Below are positions 55,247 through 64,000 of a DNA stretch of 64,000 nt, one piece after another. The translations under genes and the position numbers were made by a program. Below the pieces are notes generated by a model. That model was not told the origin of the DNA and did not search any database. It saw only the letters and a list, made by a program, of their open reading frames with translations. Each line of letters starts with the position of its first letter. Position 1 is the stretch's first letter. This stretch comes from Alphaproteobacteria bacterium (lineage in GTDB: Bacteria > Pseudomonadota > Alphaproteobacteria > Bin95): contig CBDBGH010000003.1 of NCBI GenBank assembly GCA_965205265.1, positions 4,128,001 through 4,192,000 of the forward strand, given 5' to 3'.

Positions 55247-56379
55247 CTCCGCCTCAGCAGGAACTCGCGCCCGACCTTGACGCTCGGCTTGCCGTCATAT
55301 TCCACGATGTCGGCGGTCGCGTAGGTCTCCGACCACTGGTCCGGGAGGTATGAGCCCGTGCCGATGGTATCCACCGGGGCCTGGGCCAGCGCCATGACAC
55401 GGCACTTGCCGGCCGTGAAGCCCGACGAGGCGGTGATCTTCGCTTTTGGGAAGCCGGCGGCGTCGAGCGTCTCGCGCAGGTGCCATATGGCGGCGGCCGT
55501 CACACCCGTGCCCACCAGATGGCGCAATTCGCCCTCCGTGCGGTAGTCGCGGATCGCGCGCGGCGCGTTGCGGTCCAGCACCTCGTAGGACTTCTGCAGG
55601 TCTAGCCCCTCGGTATAGCGCCCGCCATGGGTGTCGAGGCGGATGGCGACGCGGCCCTCAGCCGCGCGCTCCGGGAAGCGCCGGCAAACCGCCACCGCAT
55701 CGGTCAGCTCGGCCCCGTAATAGTCGGTGACGACGGTGAGCGGCTCGTCCGGGAACGTCTCAACGAACATTTCCGCCGCGCGGAGCGTGGAGCCGGCATA
55801 GCCGATGAGGCCGTGCGGCATGGTGCCGAGGCCCCGCTCCGCGCCGAAGAAATGCGCCGTTGCGTCCGTCGCGTTGCCGATGAAGCCGACCGCGCCCGCC
55901 TCGCGCTTCGCCGCCGCCGAGCCCACGCTCGCGGCATAGGCCATGATCTCGGCCATGTCGGTGCCGGCGCAGTGGCGGGCGTCCATGGCAAGAAAACCCG
56001 TGTCGGGCAGCGCCATGCACATCGCGCGGGCATTGTAGGCGGCGACGCAGGCGGAGCCGAGCTTCTGGAGGTAGAGCGTCTCCAGGTCGATCAGGTGGCG
56101 AAGCGGCCCGGAAATGTAGAGCAGCGGATCGCCCGCGCCGACCGAAACGCCTTCCTCGTAGCGCTCCTCGATGTCGAAGGCGGTGCCGCGGGCGGCCGCC
56201 ACGGCCCTCAGCCACTCGACGGTAAGCCGGGCTGCGGAGACCACCGGACGGCGCATGAACACCGCATAGGTGACCCGCACGTCGCCGAAGCGCTCCACGA
56301 CCGCCTTGCTCTTGGAGAAATAGGCGTCCGTGTAGTGCGGGACGTCGGCGGCGTCCGGGTGCGGGAGCGCGCCGTCCAT
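55243..56379 (-). CDS. Nicotinate phosphoribosyltransferase-like
   Basis: TDAYF, DARH, GTMPH, IRLDT, SSGF; coupled to nadE. Confidence 0.82.
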   Translation of the reverse strand: MDGALPHPDAADVPHYTDAYFSKSKAVVERFGDVRVTYAVFMRRPVVSAARLTVEWLRAVAAARGTAFDIEERYEEGVSVGAGDPLLYISGPLRHLIDLETLYLQKLGSACVAAYNARAMCMALPDTGFLAMDARHCAGTDMAEIMAYAASVGSAAAKREAGAVGFIGNATDATAHFFGAERGLGTMPHGLIGYAGSTLRAAEMFVETFPDEPLTVVTDYYGAELTDAVAVCRRFPERAAEGRVAIRLDTHGGRYTEGLDLQKSYEVLDRNAPRAIRDYRTEGELRHLVGTGVTAAAIWHLRETLDAAGFPKAKITASSGFTAGKCRVMALAQAPVDTIGTGSYLPDQWSETYATADIVEYDGKPSVKVGREFLLRRR

Positions 56380-56382
56380 CGC

Positions 56383-57762
56383 CTACTCCGCGGCGATCGC
56401 GGGAGCGGCGCGGCCGTTGCGCTCTTCCTTCAGCTGCGCGCCGATCAGGAAGGCGAGCTCGAGCGCCTGGCTCGCGTTCAGCCTCGGGTCGCAATGGGTA
56501 TGGTAGCGGTCCTGGAGGCCGGCCTCGGTCACAGCGCTCGCGCCGCCGGTGCATTCGGTCACGTCCTGCCCGGTCATCTCGAAATGCACCCCGCCCGCCC
56601 AGGTGCCGTATTCGCGGTGGACGGCGAAGAACTCCTGCACTTCGGAAAGGATGGCGCCGAAGGGGCGCGTCTTCAGGCCGCCCGCGGCCTTGACCGTGTT
56701 GCCGTGCATCGGGTCGCAGGACCAGACGACCTCGGCCCCCTCGGCCTGTACCGTCTCGATCAGTTGCGGCAGGTGCTCCGCGACATGGCCCGCGCCGACG
56801 CGGCAGATCAGCGTCAGCCGGCCCGGCTCGTTCTCCGGGTTGAGTTGCCAGAGGAGGCGCTTGAGATGGTCGGTCGTCAGCGACGGGCCGCATTTCAGCC
56901 CGAGCGGGTTGCCGACGCCGCGCAGGAACTCGACATGCGCCTCGTCCGGGTCGCGCGTGCGGTCGCCGATCCAGAGCATGTGCGCCGAGCAGTCGTACCA
57001 CTCGCCCGTCAGGCTGTCCACGCGGGTCAGCGCCTCCTCCCAGGGCAGCAGCAGCGCCTCGTGGGAGGTGTAGAAGGAGGTTTCGCGAAGCTGCGGCGTC
57101 GTCTCCGAGGTGAGGCCGCAGGCAGCGATGAATTCAAGGGCTTCGGAGAGCCGGTCCGCCATGTCGCGGTATCGCTCGCCCAGTTCCTCGCGCACGAAGT
57201 CGAGGTTCCAGCGGTGGACCTGGTGGAGGTCCGCGAAGCCGCCCATGGCGAAGGCGCGCAGGAGGTTCAGGGTCGCCGAGGACTGGGTGTAGGCCTGGAG
57301 CATCCGCTGCGGGTCGGGCTCGCGCGAAGCCGCGTCGAAGCCCATGGCGTTGATGATGTCGCCCCGGTAGCTCGGCAGCTCCACCCCGTCCACGGTCTCG
57401 GTCGGCGCCGAGCGCGGCTTGGCGAACTGGCCGGCCATGCGCCCGACCTTCACCACCGGACAGGACGCGCCGTAGGTTAGCACCACGGCCATCTGCAGCA
57501 GCACCTTGAAGGTGTCGCGGATATTGTTGGCGTGGAACTCGGCGAAGCTCTCGGCGCAGTCGCCGCCCTGGAGCAGGAAGGCTTCGCCACGGGCGACGCG
57601 GGCGAGATCGGCCTTGAGATTGCGCGCCTCGCCGGCGAAGACGAGCGGCGGCCAGGTCGCAAGGTTCTTCTCGGCGGCGGCGAGCGCGGCCTCGTCGGCA
57701 TAGACCGGCATCTGCTGCGCCGGCTTGCCGCGCCAGGTCCGGGGCGTCCAAGTCTCGCCCAT
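56383..57762 (-). CDS. Class II DAHP synthase
   Basis: [31 protein letters not shown]. Confidence 0.96.
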   Translation of the reverse strand: MGETWTPRTWRGKPAQQMPVYADEAALAAAEKNLATWPPLVFAGEARNLKADLARVARGEAFLLQGGDCAESFAEFHANNIRDTFKVLLQMAVVLTYGASCPVVKVGRMAGQFAKPRSAPTETVDGVELPSYRGDIINAMGFDAASREPDPQRMLQAYTQSSATLNLLRAFAMGGFADLHQVHRWNLDFVREELGERYRDMADRLSEALEFIAACGLTSETTPQLRETSFYTSHEALLLPWEEALTRVDSLTGEWYDCSAHMLWIGDRTRDPDEAHVEFLRGVGNPLGLKCGPSLTTDHLKRLLWQLNPENEPGRLTLICRVGAGHVAEHLPQLIETVQAEGAEVVWSCDPMHGNTVKAAGGLKTRPFGAILSEVQEFFAVHREYGTWAGGVHFEMTGQDVTECTGGASAVTEAGLQDRYHTHCDPRLNASQALELAFLIGAQLKEERNGRAAPAIAAE

Positions 57763-58020
57763 GAGCCTACTCCTTGCTTCATACGCCTCGCGGGAAAGGC
57801 GGGGCTATACGCCGAAACCGCCCGGATTTCAAACGGAGCCGGCGCGCCGGACTCCCGCCACACCCTGTCAGGCGGGGATTGCCGGCTTCGCACTGCATGT
57901 CCCAACCGTCGCCCGGCTCCCGAGCCGGGGCGGCGAACAGGGATGGATACGGATTTCGGTATTATTTCCTGAAAAATCAACTCCCTGACAGAAAAAGACC
58001 GAAAATCTTGGTCGAAGGAC

Positions 58021-58060
58021 TTGCAATTTGGCTAGGCTGTTATAGAATATATCAAGAACA
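58021..58060 (+). promoter_or_regulatory. Promoter with overlapping alphaproteobacterial LexA-like box
   Basis: TTGCAA-N16-TAGAAT; GAAT-N7-GAAC at 58045-58059. Confidence 0.5.
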
Positions 58061-58387
58061 AAAAACCAGGAGCGGCATCCGGAGGCCGTTTCCCGTCGCG
58101 CCGGCGCCGACGCGAAAAAACACCGAAGGAGCGGACAGGAGACGTGCGCCTTGCGTCCGGTTCGCGCGCGGGGGCGCAGGCGCAATCAGGCGCGCAAACC
58201 GCGCCGCCGCGAAACGCGCGCCCACGGGCGCGGGCGCGCCGGCAGGCGTTATGCGCGAATCAGGGTTCCGCCGCCGGGAGAAGACAGCGGCGGAAGGTGC
58301 GGAACGAAGGCGGATCGAGAGGAGAGCCCGATGCCGAGAACGCAAAGCCGGGGAAACCCGATGGAATACCCGGCCCGAAATAGCAGC

Positions 58388-58450
58388 CCTATGCCCGAAA
58401 CGACTACAGGATATGAGCCATCCGCATGCAGAACATGACATCTCATGACA
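58388..58450. repeat. Dispersed repeat copy 2
   Basis: 53/63 identity with 30818-30880. Confidence 0.7.
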
Positions 58451-58527
58451 TATCCGAGGGGTCTCTCCGCCGCCCGGTCCGGCGGGCGCCCCGGACACAG
58501 GCCGGACCGGGATGCAGATACGGCAGG

Positions 58528-59745
58528 CTACCGGGAAGAGAAACGCAACCGGGTGCGGGCGACGGCCCTTTCGGTTACGGCGAAGACCATGAGCAGGCCG
58601 CTTCCAAGCACCGCGCCGGCCAGCAGGAAGGACAGCGCGCCATAGCCGAAATGGGCGGCCAGCGCGCCGCCGACGGCCGCGCCCGTCGCGGTGCCACCCC
58701 AATTGCTGCTGGATATTACGCCGGCAAGCGCGCCTCGGGACTCGCCCCCGGCCTCGGCAATCAGAATCATCAGAACCGTGGTGACGGGAACCACCAGCAA
58801 CATGAGAAGGCCGGCCGCCGACACCGAGAACCACGCGCCCCAATCGAGCAGGAACACCCCCAGCCCCGGAATGGCGGCGGCCAGCAGCAGCGCGGCCGTT
58901 ACAGGGAGTCGCCTGCGAACGCGCCCGATCCGGCCGCCCAGCAGGGGCGCCGCGGCCATCCACAGGGCGACGACGGCCATGGGAAGAGCGGTTTCCACTT
59001 TTCGCAGGCCGTAAGTCACGATCAGGAAAGGCGGCAGGAAGGTGATGACCGCGCCCCAGGCGGTGCGGGCCAGTATGTTGGTTCCGGCCATGTACCAGGT
59101 CACCGGAAACGCAGCGACCCGCCGCATCCGGCCGGCCAGCGTCACACGCGCGCCCGACCGGCTCCGATGCGGCACAAGCGCAAGGAGCAGCAGGGCGGCC
59201 AGCAAGAGCGCCAGTCCGACCGCCAGAAACGGAAAGCGCCATCCCGCATACTCGCCGAGCACGGCGGCCAGCGGCACACCCAGCAGCACGCTCATCCCCG
59301 GCTGCATGGTCAGAAGGGCGATGGACATGGGCTGGCGCCGGCTCCCCATCAGGTCTCCGACCAGCGAAATGCATGTGGGCGGCACCATGCCGCCACCTAT
59401 TCCCACCAGCAGGCTGAAACCGACCGCCGCGGCGAATGTGGGAGCCAGGCCCATGCCGAGCGAGCCCGCCGCCAGGAAGCAGAGACCGAGCACGATCACC
59501 GGCTTGCGCCCATAAGCGTCGGAGAAGGGCCCCGCCACGAGTGCCGTGGCCGCCCAGACCGCAGCGGCTGCGGTCACGAGCTGACCCGCCTCGGGAACCG
59601 AGACGCCGAGCGCCCCGGCCATGTCCACGAGCAACGGCCCCAGCATCGCCACCGCCGTGACCGCCAGGAACACGGCAAATGCCAGACTGCCCAGGAGGAA
59701 CGGGCAGGCCTTCTCCGTGACGGCGCCCGGCGACACAGGCATCAA
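58528..59745 (-). CDS. MFS transporter
   Basis: GPFSDAYGRK motif A, about 12 TMs. Confidence 0.88.
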   Translation of the reverse strand: MMPVSPGAVTEKACPFLLGSLAFAVFLAVTAVAMLGPLLVDMAGALGVSVPEAGQLVTAAAAVWAATALVAGPFSDAYGRKPVIVLGLCFLAAGSLGMGLAPTFAAAVGFSLLVGIGGGMVPPTCISLVGDLMGSRRQPMSIALLTMQPGMSVLLGVPLAAVLGEYAGWRFPFLAVGLALLLAALLLLALVPHRSRSGARVTLAGRMRRVAAFPVTWYMAGTNILARTAWGAVITFLPPFLIVTYGLRKVETALPMAVVALWMAAAPLLGGRIGRVRRRLPVTAALLLAAAIPGLGVFLLDWGAWFSVSAAGLLMLLVVPVTTVLMILIAEAGGESRGALAGVISSSNWGGTATGAAVGGALAAHFGYGALSFLLAGAVLGSGLLMVFAVTERAVARTRLRFSSR

Positions 59746-59797
59746 AGCCCCTCGAGCGGCCGCTTTCGGCCCGATGGCGAGGTCTCGGCGCTGCGCT

Positions 59798-60796
59798 TCA
59801 AGCGCCTCCGCCCAGTCCCGCCAGCAGGGTTTCGCGGGGCAGGCCGCGGGTAATGAAGACGAGGCGCGAGCGGCGGTCCTCGTCCGGCCAGCCGGCCATG
59901 CGCTTCGGCGACTGGAAGATATGCTGCACGCCGTGAACCACCACCGGCCCGTCCTCGCCTTCCAGGTTCAGGATGCCCTTGACCCGCAGGAGCTGCGGGC
60001 CGTGGCGGTTGCGCAGGTCGGCGAGCCAACGCGAGAACGCCAGCCAGTCTATCGGCTCTTCGAAGATCAGCGACACCGTATCGATGCCGTCGAGGTCGTG
60101 CCCGTGCTTGTGGTCGTGCCCGTCTTCCCCGTCGTCCACAAGCCCGAGCCAGCAGGCGTCGGCCGTGTCGAGGCCGAAGAGGAAATCCGGCGGCACCGCC
60201 CCCATCGCCGCCTCGCGCCGCTCCGCGCCCGGCGCCAGCTTGTCCAGCAGCCCGACCAGCGCTTCCGGCACCGCATCCTCGCGGTCGCATTTGGTCACCA
60301 CGATGCGGTCGGCGAGCGCGACCTGCTTCACGGCCTCCGGCTGGTCGCGGAGATGGCCGGGGCCCAGCACGCCGTCCACGGTCACGGCGACGCCGTCGAG
60401 CCGGTAGAAATTCGACACCAGCGGGTTGTTCAGCAGCGTCTGCGCGATGGGCGCGGGGTCGGCAAGGCCCGTCGTCTCCACCGCCACCCGCTCGAAGGGC
60501 GGCACCTCGCCGTCCCGCTTGCGCGCCAGCAGGTCGCGCAGCGTCTCCTCCAGGTCGGAGCGAAGCTGGCAGCACACGCAGCCGCCGTTCACCACCATGG
60601 TCTCGCCATCCACCGCCTCCACCAGCAGGTGGTCGAGGGCGATGTCTCCGAACTCGTTCACGATCACCGCCGTGCCGGCCATGGCGGGGTCGCGCAGGAG
60701 CGCGTTCAGCAGGGTGGTCTTGCCGCTGCCGAGAAAGCCGGTGAGCACGGTGACCGGGATGCGCGCCTCCGGCGCATGGGCTTCGAAAATACTCAT
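59798..60796 (-). CDS. CobW/COG0523 metal-chaperone GTPase
   Basis: [22 protein letters not shown], His patch, LRVKG. Confidence 0.93.
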   Translation of the reverse strand: MSIFEAHAPEARIPVTVLTGFLGSGKTTLLNALLRDPAMAGTAVIVNEFGDIALDHLLVEAVDGETMVVNGGCVCCQLRSDLEETLRDLLARKRDGEVPPFERVAVETTGLADPAPIAQTLLNNPLVSNFYRLDGVAVTVDGVLGPGHLRDQPEAVKQVALADRIVVTKCDREDAVPEALVGLLDKLAPGAERREAAMGAVPPDFLFGLDTADACWLGLVDDGEDGHDHKHGHDLDGIDTVSLIFEEPIDWLAFSRWLADLRNRHGPQLLRVKGILNLEGEDGPVVVHGVQHIFQSPKRMAGWPDEDRRSRLVFITRGLPRETLLAGLGGGA

Positions 60797-60897
60797 CGGC
60801 TGCGCTTTTCTTGTCTGCCTCTCTTGACCTGCCGGCGAACCGGGGCACAGGATACAGTCCTACAATTACCGGAACCGCCGCAAGGGGAGAGAGGCAC

Positions 60898-61971
60898 ATG
60901 ATCTTCAGCAAGTTCGAGTCGCTGCCTAAGACGGCCGATATCGAGTCGCCGGACCGTCGGAGCTTCATGCGCACGGCCGCCGTTGGCGCGGGCGCGGTGG
61001 CGGCCGCCGGCGCGGCGATGACCGGCGGCAGCGTCCAGGAAGCCAAGGCCGACGCGCACATGACGCCGATCGGCGAAAAGTGGTGGCCATCGCGCTGGGG
61101 CGAGGGCGACCAGGCCGGCGCCTCCAACTGGATGACGCCGGAGAAGACGCTCGACGCCGTGAAGTGGATCAAGAACGGCAAGGTCACCCGCATCGGGCGC
61201 GACTATGAGCCGAGCATTCCCTTCTTCGGCCCGCGCGGCTTCGCGCTCCGTATTCCCGGCGCCCCGACCGGCGGGCCGTTCGGCGAGAACATGCTCGTCT
61301 ATAACGACGAGTATCTCGCAACGGAAATCGGCCAGGTGGGCACCCAGTTCGACGGCCTCGGCCATATCGGCGCCATCGTCGGCTCCGCGACCGACAAGGC
61401 CGACCACCGCTACTACAACGGCTTCACCGGGGCCGAGGTCGAGGGCGCCTACGGGCTCCAGAAGATCGGCATGGAGCATGTCAAGCCGTTCTTCACCCGC
61501 GGCCACCTGATCGACGTGAAGCCGCAAAAGGCGTGGGACGTCGGCGACGAGATCACGCCGGCCCATGTCGATACCGCGCTCGCCGCGCAGGGCATGTCAC
61601 TGGACGACATCAAGGAAGGCGACGCGGTGTTCTTCAACACCGGCTGGGGCGACCTCTGGATCAAGAACAACGACCGCTTCAACTCCGGCGTCCCCGGCAT
61701 CGGCATGGACGTCGCGAAGATCCTGGTGGACAAGGGCATCTGCGTCGCCGGCGCGGACACCTGGCCGGTCGAGGTGGTGCCGAACCCAGACCCGAAGAAG
61801 GCGTTCGTGGTGCATAACGAGCTCATCACCCGCAACGGCATCTACATCCACGAGAACCTGATCTTCGACGAGCTGATCGCCGACGGGGCGTATCAGTTCG
61901 TCTATGTGTTCGCGCCGCTGCCGATCAAGGGCGGCACCGGCTCGATCGGCAACCCGATCGCGATCACCTGA
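60898..61971 (+). CDS. Tat-exported cyclase-family (kynurenine formamidase-like) metallohydrolase
   Basis: DRRSFM twin-arginine signal, GTQFDGLGH, IHENL, GGTGS. Confidence 0.85.
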   Translation: MIFSKFESLPKTADIESPDRRSFMRTAAVGAGAVAAAGAAMTGGSVQEAKADAHMTPIGEKWWPSRWGEGDQAGASNWMTPEKTLDAVKWIKNGKVTRIGRDYEPSIPFFGPRGFALRIPGAPTGGPFGENMLVYNDEYLATEIGQVGTQFDGLGHIGAIVGSATDKADHRYYNGFTGAEVEGAYGLQKIGMEHVKPFFTRGHLIDVKPQKAWDVGDEITPAHVDTALAAQGMSLDDIKEGDAVFFNTGWGDLWIKNNDRFNSGVPGIGMDVAKILVDKGICVAGADTWPVEVVPNPDPKKAFVVHNELITRNGIYIHENLIFDELIADGAYQFVYVFAPLPIKGGTGSIGNPIAIT

Positions 61972-62020
61972 CCCGACGCGGCCCGGCAAGGCCGAAGCCC
62001 GAACCCCGGAATCGAACTCC

Positions 62021-62235
62021 CCCTCTCCCCCCGGGAGAGGGCCGGGGTGAGGGCCGCCCGCAGGGCGGTAAGCGCCGCCGTTGCGGACCGCAAGGCATGA
62101 GTCGGAAGTCCTCCAGCATCGATATTTTCAGTGCGTAACCGGACTGCGGTGTCTTCGACTCGCAGGATCGGCTCTTGTTCTCATGTTCCGCCCTTCGGGC
62201 GGCCCTCACCCTTGCCCTCTCCCGGAGGGAGAGGG
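62021..62235. repeat. Inverted pair of ccctctccc..gggagaggg REP-like palindromes
   Basis: About 62021-62059 and 62197-62235; same family as the 29.3-29.6 kb copies. Confidence 0.75.
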
Positions 62236-62618
62236 ATCCCGGTCTGCAGCGCCTCCTTCCGCTGCATCGCTGTCCGGTGGACGGTTTCCAGAACCGCTTC
62301 CGTTTCCTGCAATGTTTCATTGGCCCAGAAGCGGAGCACCAAGATGCCGCGGCGCGCGAGCACCCGGTCCCGACTTCTGTCGCGCAACCTTCCGTCCGGC
62401 TCGCCGTGCTGACCGCCGTCCACCTCTACGGCGAGGCGCGCTTCATGGCAGTAGAAGTCCAGCACGAAAGGCGGCTCAGGGTGCTGTCGGCGGAATTTCA
62501 GCCCCTGCAAGCGGCGATTGGCCAGATGCGCCCAGAGCCGGCGCTCGGCTTCGCTGCCCTCGCGCCGCAGGCTCCGTGCTCGGGCCGTGCGAGCGCGGCG
62601 GGGCGGCGGATGCGCCAT
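62181..62618 (-). CDS. DUF559 (Vsr-like) endonuclease
   Basis: ARSLR, E..LW..L, KFRRQHP, DFYC, EVDGGQH, LRFW. Confidence 0.9.
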   Translation of the reverse strand: MAHPPPRRARTARARSLRREGSEAERRLWAHLANRRLQGLKFRRQHPEPPFVLDFYCHEARLAVEVDGGQHGEPDGRLRDRSRDRVLARRGILVLRFWANETLQETEAVLETVHRTAMQRKEALQTGIPLPPGEGKGEGRPKGGT

Positions 62619-62628
62619 GCTGTTCCGC

Positions 62629-64000
62629 TCAGATGCCGGCGAAGAAGTCGTTGCCCTTGTCGTCTATGACGATGAAGGCGGGGAAGTCCTCGACCTCGAT
62701 GCGCCAGATCGCCTCCATGCCGAGCTCGGGGTATTCCAACAGATCGACCTTGCGGATGTGGTCCTGCGCGAGCCGCGCGGCCGAGCCGCCGACCGAGCCC
62801 AGATAGAAGCCGCCATGCGCCTTGCAGGCCGCGGTCACCTGGGCCGAGCGGTTGCCCTTGGCCAGCATGACATGGCTGCCGCCCGCGGCCTGGAAGGCGC
62901 CCACGAAGGCATCCATGCGCCCGGCCGTGGTCGGGCCGAATGAGCCCGACGCCATGCCCTCCGGAGTCTTGGCGGGGCCGGCATAGTAGATCGGGTGGTC
63001 GCGGAAACAGGCCGGCATGGCTTCGCCTGCGGCGAGCCTCGCCTCGATCTTCTGGTGCGCGAGATCGCGCGCCACGGTGATCGGGCCCGTCAGCGCAAGG
63101 CGGGTGCGGATCGGATAGCGCGAGAGCTCGGCCCGGATCTCGTCCATCGGCCGGTTGAGGTCGAGCGCCACCACCTCGCCGCCGAGCGTGTCGGCGTCCG
63201 TCTCCGGCAGGAAGCGCGCCGGGTCGCGCTCCAGCGCCTCCAGGAAAACGCCGTCGCGGCCGATCCTGGCCAGCGCCTGCCGGTCGGCCGAGCAGGAGAC
63301 GCCGAGGCCGATCGGCAGCGAGGCGCCGTGGCGCGGCAGGCGCACGACGCGCACATCGTGGCAGAAATACTTGCCGCCGAACTGCGCCCCGATGCCCATG
63401 GCGCGTGTCGCCTCCAGGATCTTCTCTTCCATCTCCCGGTCGCGATAGGCGCTGCCATGCGGTCCGCCCTCCGCCGGCAGGCCGTCGAGATAGCCGGTGC
63501 TTGCGAGCTTCACGGTCTTCAGGTTGAGCTCCGCCGACGTGCCGCCGATCGCGACCGCCAGGTGGTAGGGCGGACAGGCGGCGGTGCCGAGCGTGCGGAT
63601 CTTCTCGTCGATGAAGGGCAGCAGCCGGTCCGGGTGGAGCGTTGCCGGCGTGGCCTGGTAGAGGAAGGACTTGTTGGCCGAGCCGCCGCCCTTGGCGATG
63701 AACAGCAGCTCGTATTCCTCGCCGGGCGCGGCATAGAGGTCGAACTGCGCCGGCAGGTTGGAGCCGGTATTGCGCTCCTCGAACATGGAAACCGGCGAGA
63801 GCTGCGAATAGCGCAGATTGTCCTCCGCATAGGCGCGGAAGATGCCGCGCGAGAGCGCCTCCTCGTCACCGCCGCCGGTCAGGACGCGCTCGCCCTTCTT
63901 GCCCATGACGATGGCGGTGCCGGTGTCCTGGCACATAGGCAGCACGCCGCCGGCCGCGATATTCGCGTTCTTGAGCAGGTCGAGCGCGACGAAGCGGTCG
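62629..64000 (-). CDS. fumA: Class I fumarate hydratase, 5' truncated by window
   Basis: [32 protein letters not shown]. Confidence 0.95.
   Translation of the reverse strand, partial: DRFVALDLLKNANIAAGGVLPMCQDTGTAIVMGKKGERVLTGGGDEEALSRGIFRAYAEDNLRYSQLSPVSMFEERNTGSNLPAQFDLYAAPGEEYELLFIAKGGGSANKSFLYQATPATLHPDRLLPFIDEKIRTLGTAACPPYHLAVAIGGTSAELNLKTVKLASTGYLDGLPAEGGPHGSAYRDREMEEKILEATRAMGIGAQFGGKYFCHDVRVVRLPRHGASLPIGLGVSCSADRQALARIGRDGVFLEALERDPARFLPETDADTLGGEVVALDLNRPMDEIRAELSRYPIRTRLALTGPITVARDLAHQKIEARLAAGEAMPACFRDHPIYYAGPAKTPEGMASGSFGPTTAGRMDAFVGAFQAAGGSHVMLAKGNRSAQVTAACKAHGGFYLGSVGGSAARLAQDHIRKVDLLEYPELGMEAIWRIEVEDFPAFIVIDDKGNDFFAGI

Overview
High-GC alphaproteobacterial chromosomal window (DUF1476 zeta subunit, purC-purS-purQ-purL-bolA-grxD synteny, stand-alone rpsD; probably Rhodospirillales-like, an inference). 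Housekeeping genes: cinA-like (partial), alaS, rpsD, pur cluster, nadE, nicotinate PRTase, class II DAHP synthase, class I fumarase (partial). There are also many catabolic/redox enzymes, three MFS transporters and a TroABCD-type metal ABC transporter. Points of note: (1) a GrdB/PrdB-family selenoprotein hidden across two ORFs (UGA 6155-6157 plus a SECIS hairpin); (2) a vapBC + AbiEi/AbiEii toxin-antitoxin islet; (3) an IS110 element in a REP-like repeat whose left end contains guide-like segments matching its own donor and target junctions (bridge RNA); (4) an IS1634 element with a 138-bp target duplication in an XRE regulator; (5) an accessory locus (about 45.0-48.7 kb) with an exported (Gly-Asp)67 protein, an overlapping lipoprotein, an Asp/Asn beta-hydroxylase, a probable alpha/alpha-toroid enzyme and a membrane LuxR regulator split by a 4-gene IS21 element. 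Locus 5 is the best candidate for an undescribed system. All family calls come from motif recognition, not database searches.
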